41,513 bases of DNA from Candidatus Poribacteria bacterium (lineage in GTDB: Bacteria; Poribacteria; WGA-4E; WGA-3G): assembly GCA_028824575.1 (NCBI GenBank), contig JAPPDN010000059.1, forward strand, positions 1-41,513, read 5' to 3'. The notes beneath the pieces were generated by a model. That model did not search any database. It was not told the origin of the DNA and saw only the letters and a program-made list of their open reading frames with translations. Positions 26,261-34,501 of the stretch are shown piece after piece; the stretch's first letter is position 1, and the number at the start of each line of letters is the position of its first letter. Both the position numbers and the translations under genes were made by a program.

Positions 26261-26947
26261 ATGAAACTTTTTTTACACCCTACAAGGATTGGTCTTATTC
26301 TGTATTCGATCATCTTTATACTGGGGTGCTCAACCGAGAACCCACTTTGCACCGAGAACTACTGCGTTGAAGGCGAAATCTATCCACGTTCAGACTTGCC
26401 TGCTGGCCAAACCTTTGGTGATCTACCAATAGATGATACAACTATCTTTGCTGCAATCGTTGGCGGTGCAACTCCAATGGAGACCACACCTGAGGACCCA
26501 ACAATTGGTAACACTTTGCTTAAAGATATAAATTCGTACTTGCCTGGTCATATACCTAAAGATCCATCCCTTTTGTTTGACGCGATAAATACGGATATAC
26601 CGACAGGCAGCCGATTTTTTATTGGTAAAACGGTTCTGATTCGTGCAACGGTAGATGTAGAAAGTTTACAACCACGCGGCTTAGATGAACCAGAACAACG
26701 AAGTTATATCTCCTTAAATCGGATTGATATTAGAGATTTGGGTAAAACTGACCCTGGTCACCCATGGCGAGATATTGAAGAAATTATTTGGAGAATACAT
26801 TCCCCCGAAGACTCCACTTTGTTAAATCGATTTAAAAAAGGCGAAGCATACGATTTTCATGTTTCAATACAAAATATACTCATTAGGCAATATTCCGACA
26901 GCGTTGATTCTTATTACAGTGTTTTATGCCACTACATTGAAGAATAG
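26261..26947 (+). CDS. prophage moron lipoprotein
   Basis: Signal peptide with lipobox IFILGC; AAGGAG RBS; opposite strand to and divergent from the tape measure gene; visibly more AT-rich than the flanking virion genes. Confidence 0.7.
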   Translation: MKLFLHPTRIGLILYSIIFILGCSTENPLCTENYCVEGEIYPRSDLPAGQTFGDLPIDDTTIFAAIVGGATPMETTPEDPTIGNTLLKDINSYLPGHIPKDPSLLFDAINTDIPTGSRFFIGKTVLIRATVDVESLQPRGLDEPEQRSYISLNRIDIRDLGKTDPGHPWRDIEEIIWRIHSPEDSTLLNRFKKGEAYDFHVSIQNILIRQYSDSVDSYYSVLCHYIEE

Positions 26948-26992
26948 TTCGTCAATATTGTTCGTTGTTATCTACAATGAGGCATCTTTTTC

Positions 26993-27021
26993 TTGCAAAA
27001 TAGTAGGGAAAATGGTATAAT
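26993..27021 (+). promoter_or_regulatory. sigma70-like promoter of HEG cassette 1
   Basis: TTGCAA (26993-26998), 17-bp spacer, TATAAT (27016-27021); same layout at 29675-29703. Confidence 0.65.
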
Positions 27022-27180
27022 GGAAGGAGTAAGTGGGAAGGGGGCGTAACCCCTCCCCGCTGCCAGAAACAGCTAACCTAAGTCGCTAAACTTGGATATT
27101 GCTAAAGGCATTTCTATTTTAACAAACCTTCCAAAGAAATGTCAAGCGAGGTCCCCAAACCTACAGGAGCTTGATATATT

Positions 27181-28149
27181 ATGGGATCCATCTACAAAAT
27201 TACGAACACTCTCAGCGGTGAATCTTACATCGGTCAATGCAGGGGCAATGTCAATAAACGATATAATGCTCATATCAGAGGTGATGGAAACAAACCTCTA
27301 AAAGAAGCCATTGATAAATACGGCATTGAACACTTTACCTTTAAAATCCTGCATGATGGTATTTTAGATGAACTCCTTGATGACTACGAGGAAGCAGCAA
27401 TAGCGAAATATAACACCTTTGAAAACGGCTATAACGAGACTCCCAGAAGTAGTGGCAATCTTTCTGGTAAAAATCACCCGCTGTATGGCAAACCTCGCAG
27501 TGAAGAAGAAAAACGAAAAATATCTGAGTCTGCGAAAGCAAGCCCGCTTGTTGCAAAAGTCCAAAAAATGGCAACTGAAGCGGCTGCGAAAAAAACTAAA
27601 GGTGTTCCCCGTAGTGAAGAAATTCGGAGAAAAATAAGTATCTCACATCGTAAATCTGATTATACAGAAATGCCTGATTTCTTTTTATCCCTTCCGGCAG
27701 ATATGCACTCCTCTATAAAAGTGCGTTTACTTCGTGAACAATTCCCAGATGTAAGTAAGAGCACCCTTTACTTCCGAATAAGCAAATGGACTGGTGTAAA
27801 AACTAAAAAACAGCACCCTAATTACCCAGAGGTTTATGAGTTTTTTACTTCCCTTCCGGCAGATATGCCATTACCGAAAAAAAGACATTTGCTCCACAAG
27901 CAATTTCCAAATGTTAGAAGGCATTATATTAATAGATGGCTCAACAAGTGGAGCGGTACAAAAACTTTGAAGCGGCATCCTGATTATTCAGATGCAAACG
28001 ATTTGTTCTTATCACTTCCCGCGGAGATGTCATTATCTGAGAAAAGATGTTTGCTCTACGAACAATTTCCGAACGTTAAAAGAGACACAATTCGGTCTTG
28101 GATCCGCAAATGGCAAACCGAACTTACCCCCAAAGGAGAACAAAAATGA
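27181..28149 (+). CDS. GIY-YIG homing endonuclease (two NUMOD3-like motifs plus three ~50-aa HTH-like repeats)
   Basis: N-terminus MGSIYKITNTLSGESYIGQ...R...E...GYN (GIY-YIG core); PRSEEEKRKIS and PRSEEIRRKIS motifs; three repeats of F(L/T)SLPA(D/E)M...QFP(D/N)V...W..KW. Confidence 0.85.
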   Translation: MGSIYKITNTLSGESYIGQCRGNVNKRYNAHIRGDGNKPLKEAIDKYGIEHFTFKILHDGILDELLDDYEEAAIAKYNTFENGYNETPRSSGNLSGKNHPLYGKPRSEEEKRKISESAKASPLVAKVQKMATEAAAKKTKGVPRSEEIRRKISISHRKSDYTEMPDFFLSLPADMHSSIKVRLLREQFPDVSKSTLYFRISKWTGVKTKKQHPNYPEVYEFFTSLPADMPLPKKRHLLHKQFPNVRRHYINRWLNKWSGTKTLKRHPDYSDANDLFLSLPAEMSLSEKRCLLYEQFPNVKRDTIRSWIRKWQTELTPKGEQK

Positions 28150-28463
28150 CCTCAGTTATCATCAACGTCAAAGGCAAAGGGCGACTGTCCGCTGAAAGTA
28201 TTGTCACCGTCAGAGCATCCGTGATATATTATCTTGATAACGAACCCGACCCCACATTCTTTCAGGTGATGATCACAGCCCCCGCAGCCGACTTAGAGTT
28301 GTTTCTTTTACCCTATATCGATGACGAACAAGCTGATTTAGAAATTGAAATTCTCAATATCGTTCAACCTGTTATCGGGGAACATGACGAGAATCTAAAA
28401 TGGCTTGACTATCTGATACAACACCAGCAAGGAAATCCCACTCTGGACGAAAACGATCGCTGA
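28146..28463 (+). CDS. small acidic protein translationally coupled to HEG 1
   Basis: ATGA overlap with the HEG stop and AAGGAG 8 nt upstream; 105 aa starting MTSVIINVKGKG, Asp/Glu-rich. Confidence 0.55.
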   Translation: MTSVIINVKGKGRLSAESIVTVRASVIYYLDNEPDPTFFQVMITAPAADLELFLLPYIDDEQADLEIEILNIVQPVIGEHDENLKWLDYLIQHQQGNPTLDENDR

Positions 28464-28506
28464 ACTCAAAAATGGAATCGTTAATTGACGAAGGTATGGG
28501 TTTCCA

Positions 28507-28752
28507 TCATTTTTTCCGTTTTTTCTTCATTTCCTGACAATAGGCAGCGAAACATATCTCGTCGAAGGAAAAACGGTAGTTTTCATCGCGATCCTTACAA
28601 ACCCGCTCACTCGGCAATTTCCCCGACTCCTTGCTGCTCACCCAAAGGTTTGCTAACCTGATCCGACCGTTTGGTGTCTCGAGCTGCTCGTAGAAATCGA
28701 CGCAATGATGCCACCCCCGCGGCTGGGACATTGACAACACGATGCGCTTCAA
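28507..28752 (-). CDS. overlapping ORF in the +1 frame at the 3' end of the chaperone candidate (possible frameshift extension)
   Basis: Open frame overlaps 28607-28752 of the upstream gene. It has no ATG with an SD of its own (the track start is TTG). It ends CFAAYCQEMKKKRKK. Confidence 0.3.
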   Translation of the reverse strand: MKRIVLSMSQPRGWHHCVDFYEQLETPNGRIRLANLWVSSKESGKLPSERVCKDRDENYRFSFDEICFAAYCQEMKKKRKK

Positions 28753-29590
28753 AGAGTGTCCTCATAAAACGCTCCGATAACAACCTCACCGGATACGGCG
28801 CATTCTCATCCATCTGAGACTCCACATTCGCTTCATCCTCTACCGGCGCATACGACAGTTGTGGGTCAACGATCATTGCCGGTACCAATACCCGACGGCG
28901 TGAGGTATTTCTTGCCATCTCCGCAGACAACTCTTCACTCGACATCTCCAGATACTTCTTCTGCTTCCCCACCGGATAGAATTCAAACGTCTCTCCACCC
29001 GTGATCGCAAAGGCATCCGCAGGCACCCCGCGACGGACCGTCACTTGATAGATCGCATCGGTTTCGAGTTGATTCACCACAGAAAACGCCTCAGCAAACG
29101 AATCCAGCATCACGCGAGACCTCGTTTCAATCGGGACTCCCTCACCTTTCCCTCGATACGAAAACTGCGGATCTACCAGCATGCCGGAGAGCAGCAGCCG
29201 TGAGAGCTCTATATTCCGTTCCTCTTTCACGACCGGATCCTTTTCCCTATCCGCGTACTCCGTCATTAAGCGCAATTGCTGAATTTCGAGTTCTAACGGA
29301 ATTCCGTCCCGGACTGACACTTGGAAGAATGAATCCTCAAAAAAAAGCTCTACTGTTTTGATGGGCTTCCCCAGCGTCTCTAAAACGTCTCGCGTGATTT
29401 TCGGGGCATCCGAGGCAAGGACCACCCTTGCCGACATATCACGAAAATTCACTTCTACGAGAGCCGTTTCCCGCTCGTCGTGGTCAAAAATATCGGGCGT
29501 AAAGGTGGGCAAATCCGAGGACTCCACCACCTGGGCAGCCCTTCGCGATGAGATTCGAGCATCTAATTGGGATTGAATATCTTTGTTCAT
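28607..29590 (-). CDS. tail assembly chaperone candidate (internally duplicated)
   Basis: Start reassigned to MNKDIQSQ (ATG 29590, AAGGAA RBS). Lies between the major tail protein and the tape measure. Internal repeats FQVSVRDGIP...LLLSGMLVDPQFSY and YQVTVRRGVP...VLVPAMIVDPQLSY. Confidence 0.55.
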   Translation of the reverse strand: MNKDIQSQLDARISSRRAAQVVESSDLPTFTPDIFDHDERETALVEVNFRDMSARVVLASDAPKITRDVLETLGKPIKTVELFFEDSFFQVSVRDGIPLELEIQQLRLMTEYADREKDPVVKEERNIELSRLLLSGMLVDPQFSYRGKGEGVPIETRSRVMLDSFAEAFSVVNQLETDAIYQVTVRRGVPADAFAITGGETFEFYPVGKQKKYLEMSSEELSAEMARNTSRRRVLVPAMIVDPQLSYAPVEDEANVESQMDENAPYPVRLLSERFMRTLFEAHRVVNVPAAGVASLRRFLRAARDTKRSDQVSKPLGEQQGVGEIAE

Positions 29591-29596
29591 AGATTC

Positions 29597-29626
29597 CTTG
29601 TAGCATAGGCTGTTAGCCTGTGCAGC
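29597..29626 (-). promoter_or_regulatory. conserved GCATAGG-stem-GTT-stem-CCTGTGC hairpin, copy A
   Basis: CTTGTAGCATAGGCTGTTAGCCTGTGCAGC directly 5' of the SD of the gene starting at 29590; related copies at 33573 and 36887. Confidence 0.6.
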
Positions 29627-29674
29627 ATAAGGCATCACCTGCTAAAGTGCGCCGCGCCTTCGTGATTTTTTCTC

Positions 29675-29703
29675 TTGCAAAATAGTGGGGAAAATGGTAT
29701 ACT
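29675..29703 (+). promoter_or_regulatory. sigma70-like promoter of HEG cassette 2
   Basis: TTGCAA (29675-29680), 17-bp spacer, TATACT (29698-29703). Confidence 0.6.
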
Positions 29704-29861
29704 ATAGGAAGGTAGTGGAAAGGGGACGTAACCCCTCCCCGCTGCCAGAAACAATCAACTTTTGCGCAAACATCGGAATCTTGCTTTGGCACTCTCATTT
29801 TAACACACTTCCTTTTGAAATGTCAAGCGAGGCCCCCAAACCTACAGGAGCTTGACATAGT

Positions 29862-30812
29862 ATGGGATCCATCTATAAAATTACGAACACTCTCAGCGGT
29901 ATGGCATACATCGGTAAAACTGTCCATGATGCCGAGAAAACTCGAAAACGCAATCATCTGAGTGGCAGGGGCAATAAACCCCTTAAGGACGATATTGACA
30001 AATACGGAGAAGATGTTTTTACGTTTGAGATCCTCCATGATGGTATCATCCCTGAATTCTTGGATACCCTTGAGCGGGAAGAGATTGCGAAACACAATAC
30101 CATGAAACCATATGGCTATAATCAGAACAGAGGCGGTGGCGGTGTCTGTTCGCATTCAGAAGAAACTCGTCAGAAGATGTCTGAGGCACTGAAGGGCAAA
30201 CCCGCATGGAATAAAGGTAAACCCCATTCAGAAGAAACCCGTCGGAAACTTTCTGAAGCAAACATAGGCAAAACGCATTCAGAAGAAACTCGTCAGAAAA
30301 TATCTGAAGTCACCGCAGGTAAAAAAAATCCTAACTATGGCAAATCCCATTCAGAAGAAACTCTCCGGAGAATTTCAGAAAACAACGCAATGAAACGCCC
30401 TGAAGTTCGTCAGAAAATATCTGGTGAAAACAGCCCAACAAAACGCCCTGAAGTTCGTCAGAAAATATCTAAGGCACTGAAGGGCAAACCCGCATGGAAT
30501 AAAGGTAAACCCCATTCAGAGGAAGCCAAACAGAAGATGTCTGAGGCACTCAAAGGCAACCCTGCGTGGAATAAAGGTAAACCTCATTCAGAAGAAACCA
30601 AACAGAAAATATCAAGAGCCAATAAAGGCAGAAAACATTCAGAAGAAACCCGTCGGAAAAACTCTAAAGTCAAACTTGGCATGAGCCCAGAGGCACTCAC
30701 AATCCTTATCGACTGGTTGTTGCGCGCCGGCTGGTCTAAAACCAAGATAACGCGTGAACTTCGGAAAAGCCAAAATACAATCCGAAAATATGCCCCTCAC
30801 GTTTCCAAGTGA
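29862..30812 (+). CDS. GIY-YIG homing endonuclease with about nine NUMOD3 repeats (I-TevI/Seg-like)
   Basis: MGSIYKITNTLSGMAYIGKT...GYNQN catalytic core; repeated HSEETRQK(I/M)S..(L)KGK units; C-terminal HTH-like tail. Confidence 0.9.
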   Translation: MGSIYKITNTLSGMAYIGKTVHDAEKTRKRNHLSGRGNKPLKDDIDKYGEDVFTFEILHDGIIPEFLDTLEREEIAKHNTMKPYGYNQNRGGGGVCSHSEETRQKMSEALKGKPAWNKGKPHSEETRRKLSEANIGKTHSEETRQKISEVTAGKKNPNYGKSHSEETLRRISENNAMKRPEVRQKISGENSPTKRPEVRQKISKALKGKPAWNKGKPHSEEAKQKMSEALKGNPAWNKGKPHSEETKQKISRANKGRKHSEETRRKNSKVKLGMSPEALTILIDWLLRAGWSKTKITRELRKSQNTIRKYAPHVSK

Positions 30813-30827
30813 CTGGACACAAGATAC

Positions 30828-32879
30828 TTAACCCATCCATTGGTCATCAGAAATTATTGTGACCACCAATTCCCCATCTGTTGCACCGTCCAGGGGCACG
30901 GCTTTTAATTCAATATTTACGTCGATGGATCCAGGTCCCGTTACGGGGACACGTACCGGACTTGTGATCTCACAATTCGGAAGATCGTATATGATCGCGA
31001 GTTGCCTCCCGTTTCCGAGCCATTGGTACGTGACAATTCGCACGGAGACGCTCTCGTTGTTCCTAAACTTCTCGTCCCAGCGAACAAATACATCTTCTTC
31101 GCTCGTCCCGCTTTCATACTTTGTCTGAACACTGGAAGTCACATTCCGTCTCGCAGTCGGCTCCGTACTTCGCCTGAAACGTCCCGGTATCTTGCCTTGC
31201 GCAAAATCATAATTATGAGCGATGGAAATCGGCGCACTATCACAAATAACAGCTTCACCGTCAATCTGCAAAAATCTGCCATACCCCGAAAAGAACCGCC
31301 GCCCCACAAACGGAAACTCGTCCGGATGTTGCACCGCCGTTGGGATAAACTGCTCCTCATCGCCACCTTCGATCGTCCGGCGTTTGTCCACACGGTTGGA
31401 GAGTATATCAATCGTCGCGCCGATACTTTCACCGACCTCGATCTCAGCCCCGATCGGGACCCCTCTCGTGACCAACCACGGCTCACCGCCAACTTCAGGC
31501 TCCAATGTCCACCCTGGGAACTCGTCATTCACCGTCTTTAACGTCGTCTCATAACCACCCGGTTCCGCTATCATCTCTACCTTGTGGTTTCCTGTCAGTC
31601 CGGAGGTAGCAACAACAGCACCGTTCGCATCCTTGATGATAACCTTACTGATCTTGTGGAAATGCTTCTCAGAGAGGACATCCGAACCCAGTGCGATTTC
31701 TTCTCTCAACGGAAGTGTGTCGTTGGAAGCGAGTCCCACACGCCGCACCCCTCTGATCAGAAGTGTATGGTCGGTGAGAGCACCTGTATATTTCACGCGA
31801 AGCCGACCCGGACGATCCGGTTCAGGATTCCGCGCTAAATTCGCAGCAATCGGCGGTATCGTGATGGAGAATTTCCCTGCTTTCCAGCCGGTCGTGGTCA
31901 CCTCTGTAATCGTCCCTCCCGCAGGGAGTTCCGTCGTCTGTGGATCGGTTTTCGAGGCATTCGCGAAGGATAACGACAACGTCCCCGGCTGTCCCGCTGC
32001 GTCTGTGTAGGTGATCACTATCGTCCCCGGCGTGTTGTCATCCGTCAACACCGCAGAACCGTTCGGCGTAACCGTCAGCGTCAACGCTCGTGAATATCCA
32101 CTCAAGCCATTCGCAATCTCTTTCGTTACGACGAGGGTTGTGATTTTAAAAGTACCGGCCTTCCAGCCGGTTGTGGTCACCTCTGTAATCGTCCCTCCCG
32201 CAGGGAGTTCCGTCGTCTGTGGATCGGTTTTCGAGGCATTCGCGAAGGATAACGACAACGTCCCCGGCTGTCCCGCTGCGTCTGTGTAGGTGATCACTAT
32301 CGTCCCCGGCGTGTTGTCATCCGTCAACACCGCAGAACCGTTCGGCGTAACCGTCAGCGTCAACGCTTCCGCGTAGCCGCTTAAGTTGTCCACTATCGTC
32401 TTGGCACCTGCGCCAGATAGGTTTTGACCGTCAACGACGTTTACCGTCTTGTCTGCTAAATCAGCTTCATCTACAGCCTTTACCGTAATATCCGCAGCAT
32501 TCGTGAAATAATTATCTGCGATGACATCACTCAGATTCGTCTTCTTCGGGACCAGGGTTTTGTCGGGAATCTTAACACTCACAGGGTTCGGATCCGCCAG
32601 CACGCCTTGAATAATATCCAAAAACCCCGATTCTGAAGGGATCTCTATCTCTACGTTGCCCGAGCCCCAGAGGTAGCCATCCTCTCCGAAGACATCTGCA
32701 CGCCCCGCACGCAGCGCATCGCTCGATTGCTTCTCTGAATCCTCGTCGTGGTTCCACGCCGTGATGACATACCGGCGCTGCACGGCTTGGGTCCGATCGG
32801 TCACAGGGCTACCTGTGCTTTCATTTTCACGCGCAATGATAAATGACGTTCTCTCGGCCTGGCGCCTTTCAACAGCCAT
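30828..32879 (-). CDS. major tail (tube) protein candidate with tandem Ig-like insertions
   Basis: 683-aa ORF with AGGAGG RBS, upstream of the chaperone and tape measure genes. It contains two near-identical 93-aa repeats (LTLTVTPNGSAVLTDDNTPGTIVITYTDAAGQPG...). The function call rests on synteny. Confidence 0.6.
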   Translation of the reverse strand: MAVERRQAERTSFIIARENESTGSPVTDRTQAVQRRYVITAWNHDEDSEKQSSDALRAGRADVFGEDGYLWGSGNVEIEIPSESGFLDIIQGVLADPNPVSVKIPDKTLVPKKTNLSDVIADNYFTNAADITVKAVDEADLADKTVNVVDGQNLSGAGAKTIVDNLSGYAEALTLTVTPNGSAVLTDDNTPGTIVITYTDAAGQPGTLSLSFANASKTDPQTTELPAGGTITEVTTTGWKAGTFKITTLVVTKEIANGLSGYSRALTLTVTPNGSAVLTDDNTPGTIVITYTDAAGQPGTLSLSFANASKTDPQTTELPAGGTITEVTTTGWKAGKFSITIPPIAANLARNPEPDRPGRLRVKYTGALTDHTLLIRGVRRVGLASNDTLPLREEIALGSDVLSEKHFHKISKVIIKDANGAVVATSGLTGNHKVEMIAEPGGYETTLKTVNDEFPGWTLEPEVGGEPWLVTRGVPIGAEIEVGESIGATIDILSNRVDKRRTIEGGDEEQFIPTAVQHPDEFPFVGRRFFSGYGRFLQIDGEAVICDSAPISIAHNYDFAQGKIPGRFRRSTEPTARRNVTSSVQTKYESGTSEEDVFVRWDEKFRNNESVSVRIVTYQWLGNGRQLAIIYDLPNCEITSPVRVPVTGPGSIDVNIELKAVPLDGATDGELVVTIISDDQWMG
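31882..32367. repeat. 279-bp-period tandem duplication inside the major tail gene
   Basis: 207-bp blocks 31882-32088 and 32161-32367 differ at one position seen by eye (GGTCGTGG vs GGTTGTGG). Confidence 0.85.
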
Positions 32880-32959
32880 TGTCTTTCTCCTCCTGTAGGG
32901 GGTGGGGACTGAAGATGAAGAATTGAATAAACCTCATACCCCAACCCAAATTGATAAAA

Positions 32960-33487
32960 CTATACGCTCTGATTTGACGGATAGATATGCGTCACAATTA
33001 TCCGGAACCTCGCAATTTCGAAGGGTGTGCCCTGAAGCGCAGTTATCCGTCCTGCACTTGTGTGCACTTCCGCAATTCGGGTCCGATACACACCCTCAAC
33101 CCCCAAATCCGGTGTGCCGTTGATGAGCCTTTCAATCGTATAAATCGCATCCGATACCTGATCTGTCAGTGCCTTCGGAGTGACCGGCGACTCCTTCAAC
33201 ACCACATCAAGCGCGATCGGGAGATACTCTTCTGTTTCTCCCAATGACGCAAATTCTGTATTCGCACCCCCATCGCGTTTGCGGAGCACCTCGTCAAAAT
33301 TCAATAGTAAAGCCGGAATCGCGCCCTGCTGATCCAAAACTGTCCAATGCCGATACCGTTTCTGAACCGTCTTGACCTGAAGCGGAAACGCGTCACCATA
33401 AGACGCGTCTGAATCCGCACGCAGCGGTTCACAGAGATCATATAAGGCATCAATGATCTGCGCCCGCCGGTGTTTATGTGCCGCCAT
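32960..33487 (-). CDS. tail terminator / tail completion candidate
   Basis: 175-aa ORF with GGAGGA RBS, immediately upstream of the major tail protein gene; function inferred from synteny only. Confidence 0.5.
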   Translation of the reverse strand: MAAHKHRRAQIIDALYDLCEPLRADSDASYGDAFPLQVKTVQKRYRHWTVLDQQGAIPALLLNFDEVLRKRDGGANTEFASLGETEEYLPIALDVVLKESPVTPKALTDQVSDAIYTIERLINGTPDLGVEGVYRTRIAEVHTSAGRITALQGTPFEIARFRIIVTHIYPSNQSV

Positions 33488-33572
33488 TTTGTTCCTCCGG
33501 CATGGATCGCAGTGCCATAAATCAACTGAACTTTTTCATTTATAGTGGATCCGAAAAATAAATGGGCATCTT

Positions 33573-33603
33573 TGTAGCATAGGAGACCGTTGGTTTCCTG
33601 TGC
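33573..33603 (-). promoter_or_regulatory. conserved hairpin, copy C (variant stem)
   Basis: GTAGCATAGGAGACCGTTGGTTTCCTGTGCC: same flanks and GTT loop as copies A and B, but with apical stem AGGAGACC/GGTTTCCT. Confidence 0.5.
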
Positions 33604-33674
33604 CAGCGTGAGACGTAACCTCACGATTTATCCTATGATACGAGTGTCCAAATAATTACGGGATCTACTATAAT

Positions 33675-34277
33675 TTAAACCAACTCGTAACCATTCGGAC
33701 ACCGACAGGCTACCAATTCAGCGTTCTGTTTATACCACGCGAGATTGCTTCTTTTCACGCTGTCGCCTTGATTCCCGCCAAAAAGCTTGTCGTCGTCCAC
33801 TTTCACACCAACGTGACTGACACGGTATCTTGACCCCTGTTTCGGTTGGAACACCATGATCGCACCGTTGACTTCCTCGCAGTCGGAGCCGAAGTTCGCG
33901 AAAGACATCGCAGATAAATCAAGACCTTGTGTGTCGATCCCACATTCCTCAAGAATCCGTTTCAGAAACCCAGCACACCAAGACAAGCCGTCGGGGTCAT
34001 CATCATTCGGGTTGAAGCCGAGAAAACCTTTCAGCTCCTCCTCATCATAGACTTCGCTTTTACCGTCCCATTGAAGCATTTTCAATACCCACGGGGCTTC
34101 CATGCCGGAGATTTGAATCAGGTCCGCATCCTCCGCGAACGAGTTTTCACCAGCAAGGGCGATTGTTGGACCAACAGAACTCTGTTCCACGATCTCCTTG
34201 AGCCGCATATCAATGCTTTCAAGAAGCTTCAGTTGCTTTATCTGGAATTCATTAGCTCTCAATGTGCTTGCCTCCAT
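33675..34277 (-). CDS. cell-wall hydrolase (TIGR02594 / NlpC-P60-CHAP-like endolysin)
   Basis: APWVLKMLQW...GLSWCAGFLKRILEECG...GAIMVF...SHVGVKV...FGGNQGDSV...CRCPNGY matches my recollection of the TIGR02594 phage peptidase family (catalytic Cys/His context). The start is uncertain (34277 or 34208). Confidence 0.7.
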   Translation of the reverse strand: MEASTLRANEFQIKQLKLLESIDMRLKEIVEQSSVGPTIALAGENSFAEDADLIQISGMEAPWVLKMLQWDGKSEVYDEEELKGFLGFNPNDDDPDGLSWCAGFLKRILEECGIDTQGLDLSAMSFANFGSDCEEVNGAIMVFQPKQGSRYRVSHVGVKVDDDKLFGGNQGDSVKRSNLAWYKQNAELVACRCPNGYELV

Positions 34278-34488
34278 TCGGTTGTTGTTTTCGCTGAAAG
34301 AAATAGGTAACACTGCTCCCGATCCAGCCAAGTGGCGCACCGATCAGAATACCAACAAGCGTTGGAGTAAGGTAGATTTTTTCAAACCAAAAATCACCAA
34401 CAAATAACGCCCCGGTCAGCAACGTTGCATATACAAATATCCCAATATTCGTTACCGTTGAATCAAGTTCGTCTGTTTTTCTTGCCAT
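34252..34488 (-). CDS. holin candidate (two transmembrane helices)
   Basis: 78 aa with TM1 IGIFVYATLLTGALFVGDFWF, TM2 LVGILIGAPLGWIGSSVTYFF and a charged C-terminus; directly upstream of, and overlapping, the hydrolase gene. Confidence 0.55.
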   Translation of the reverse strand: MARKTDELDSTVTNIGIFVYATLLTGALFVGDFWFEKIYLTPTLVGILIGAPLGWIGSSVTYFFQRKQQPNGGKHIES

Positions 34489-34501
34489 GAGCGTGTTTCC
34501 C

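Noticed and set aside
31882-32367. Possible diversity-generating retroelement template/variable repeat pair
   Set aside because: The two copies differ by a single C/T change rather than adenine-specific substitutions. They are in tandem inside one ORF, and no reverse transcriptase is present in the window.
33301-33624. 107-aa minus-strand ORF overlapping the start of 32960-33487
   Set aside because: It is out of frame with, and overlaps, a gene that has a strong GGAGGA-ATG start. It spans the conserved hairpin region and has an Arg-rich, noise-like sequence.
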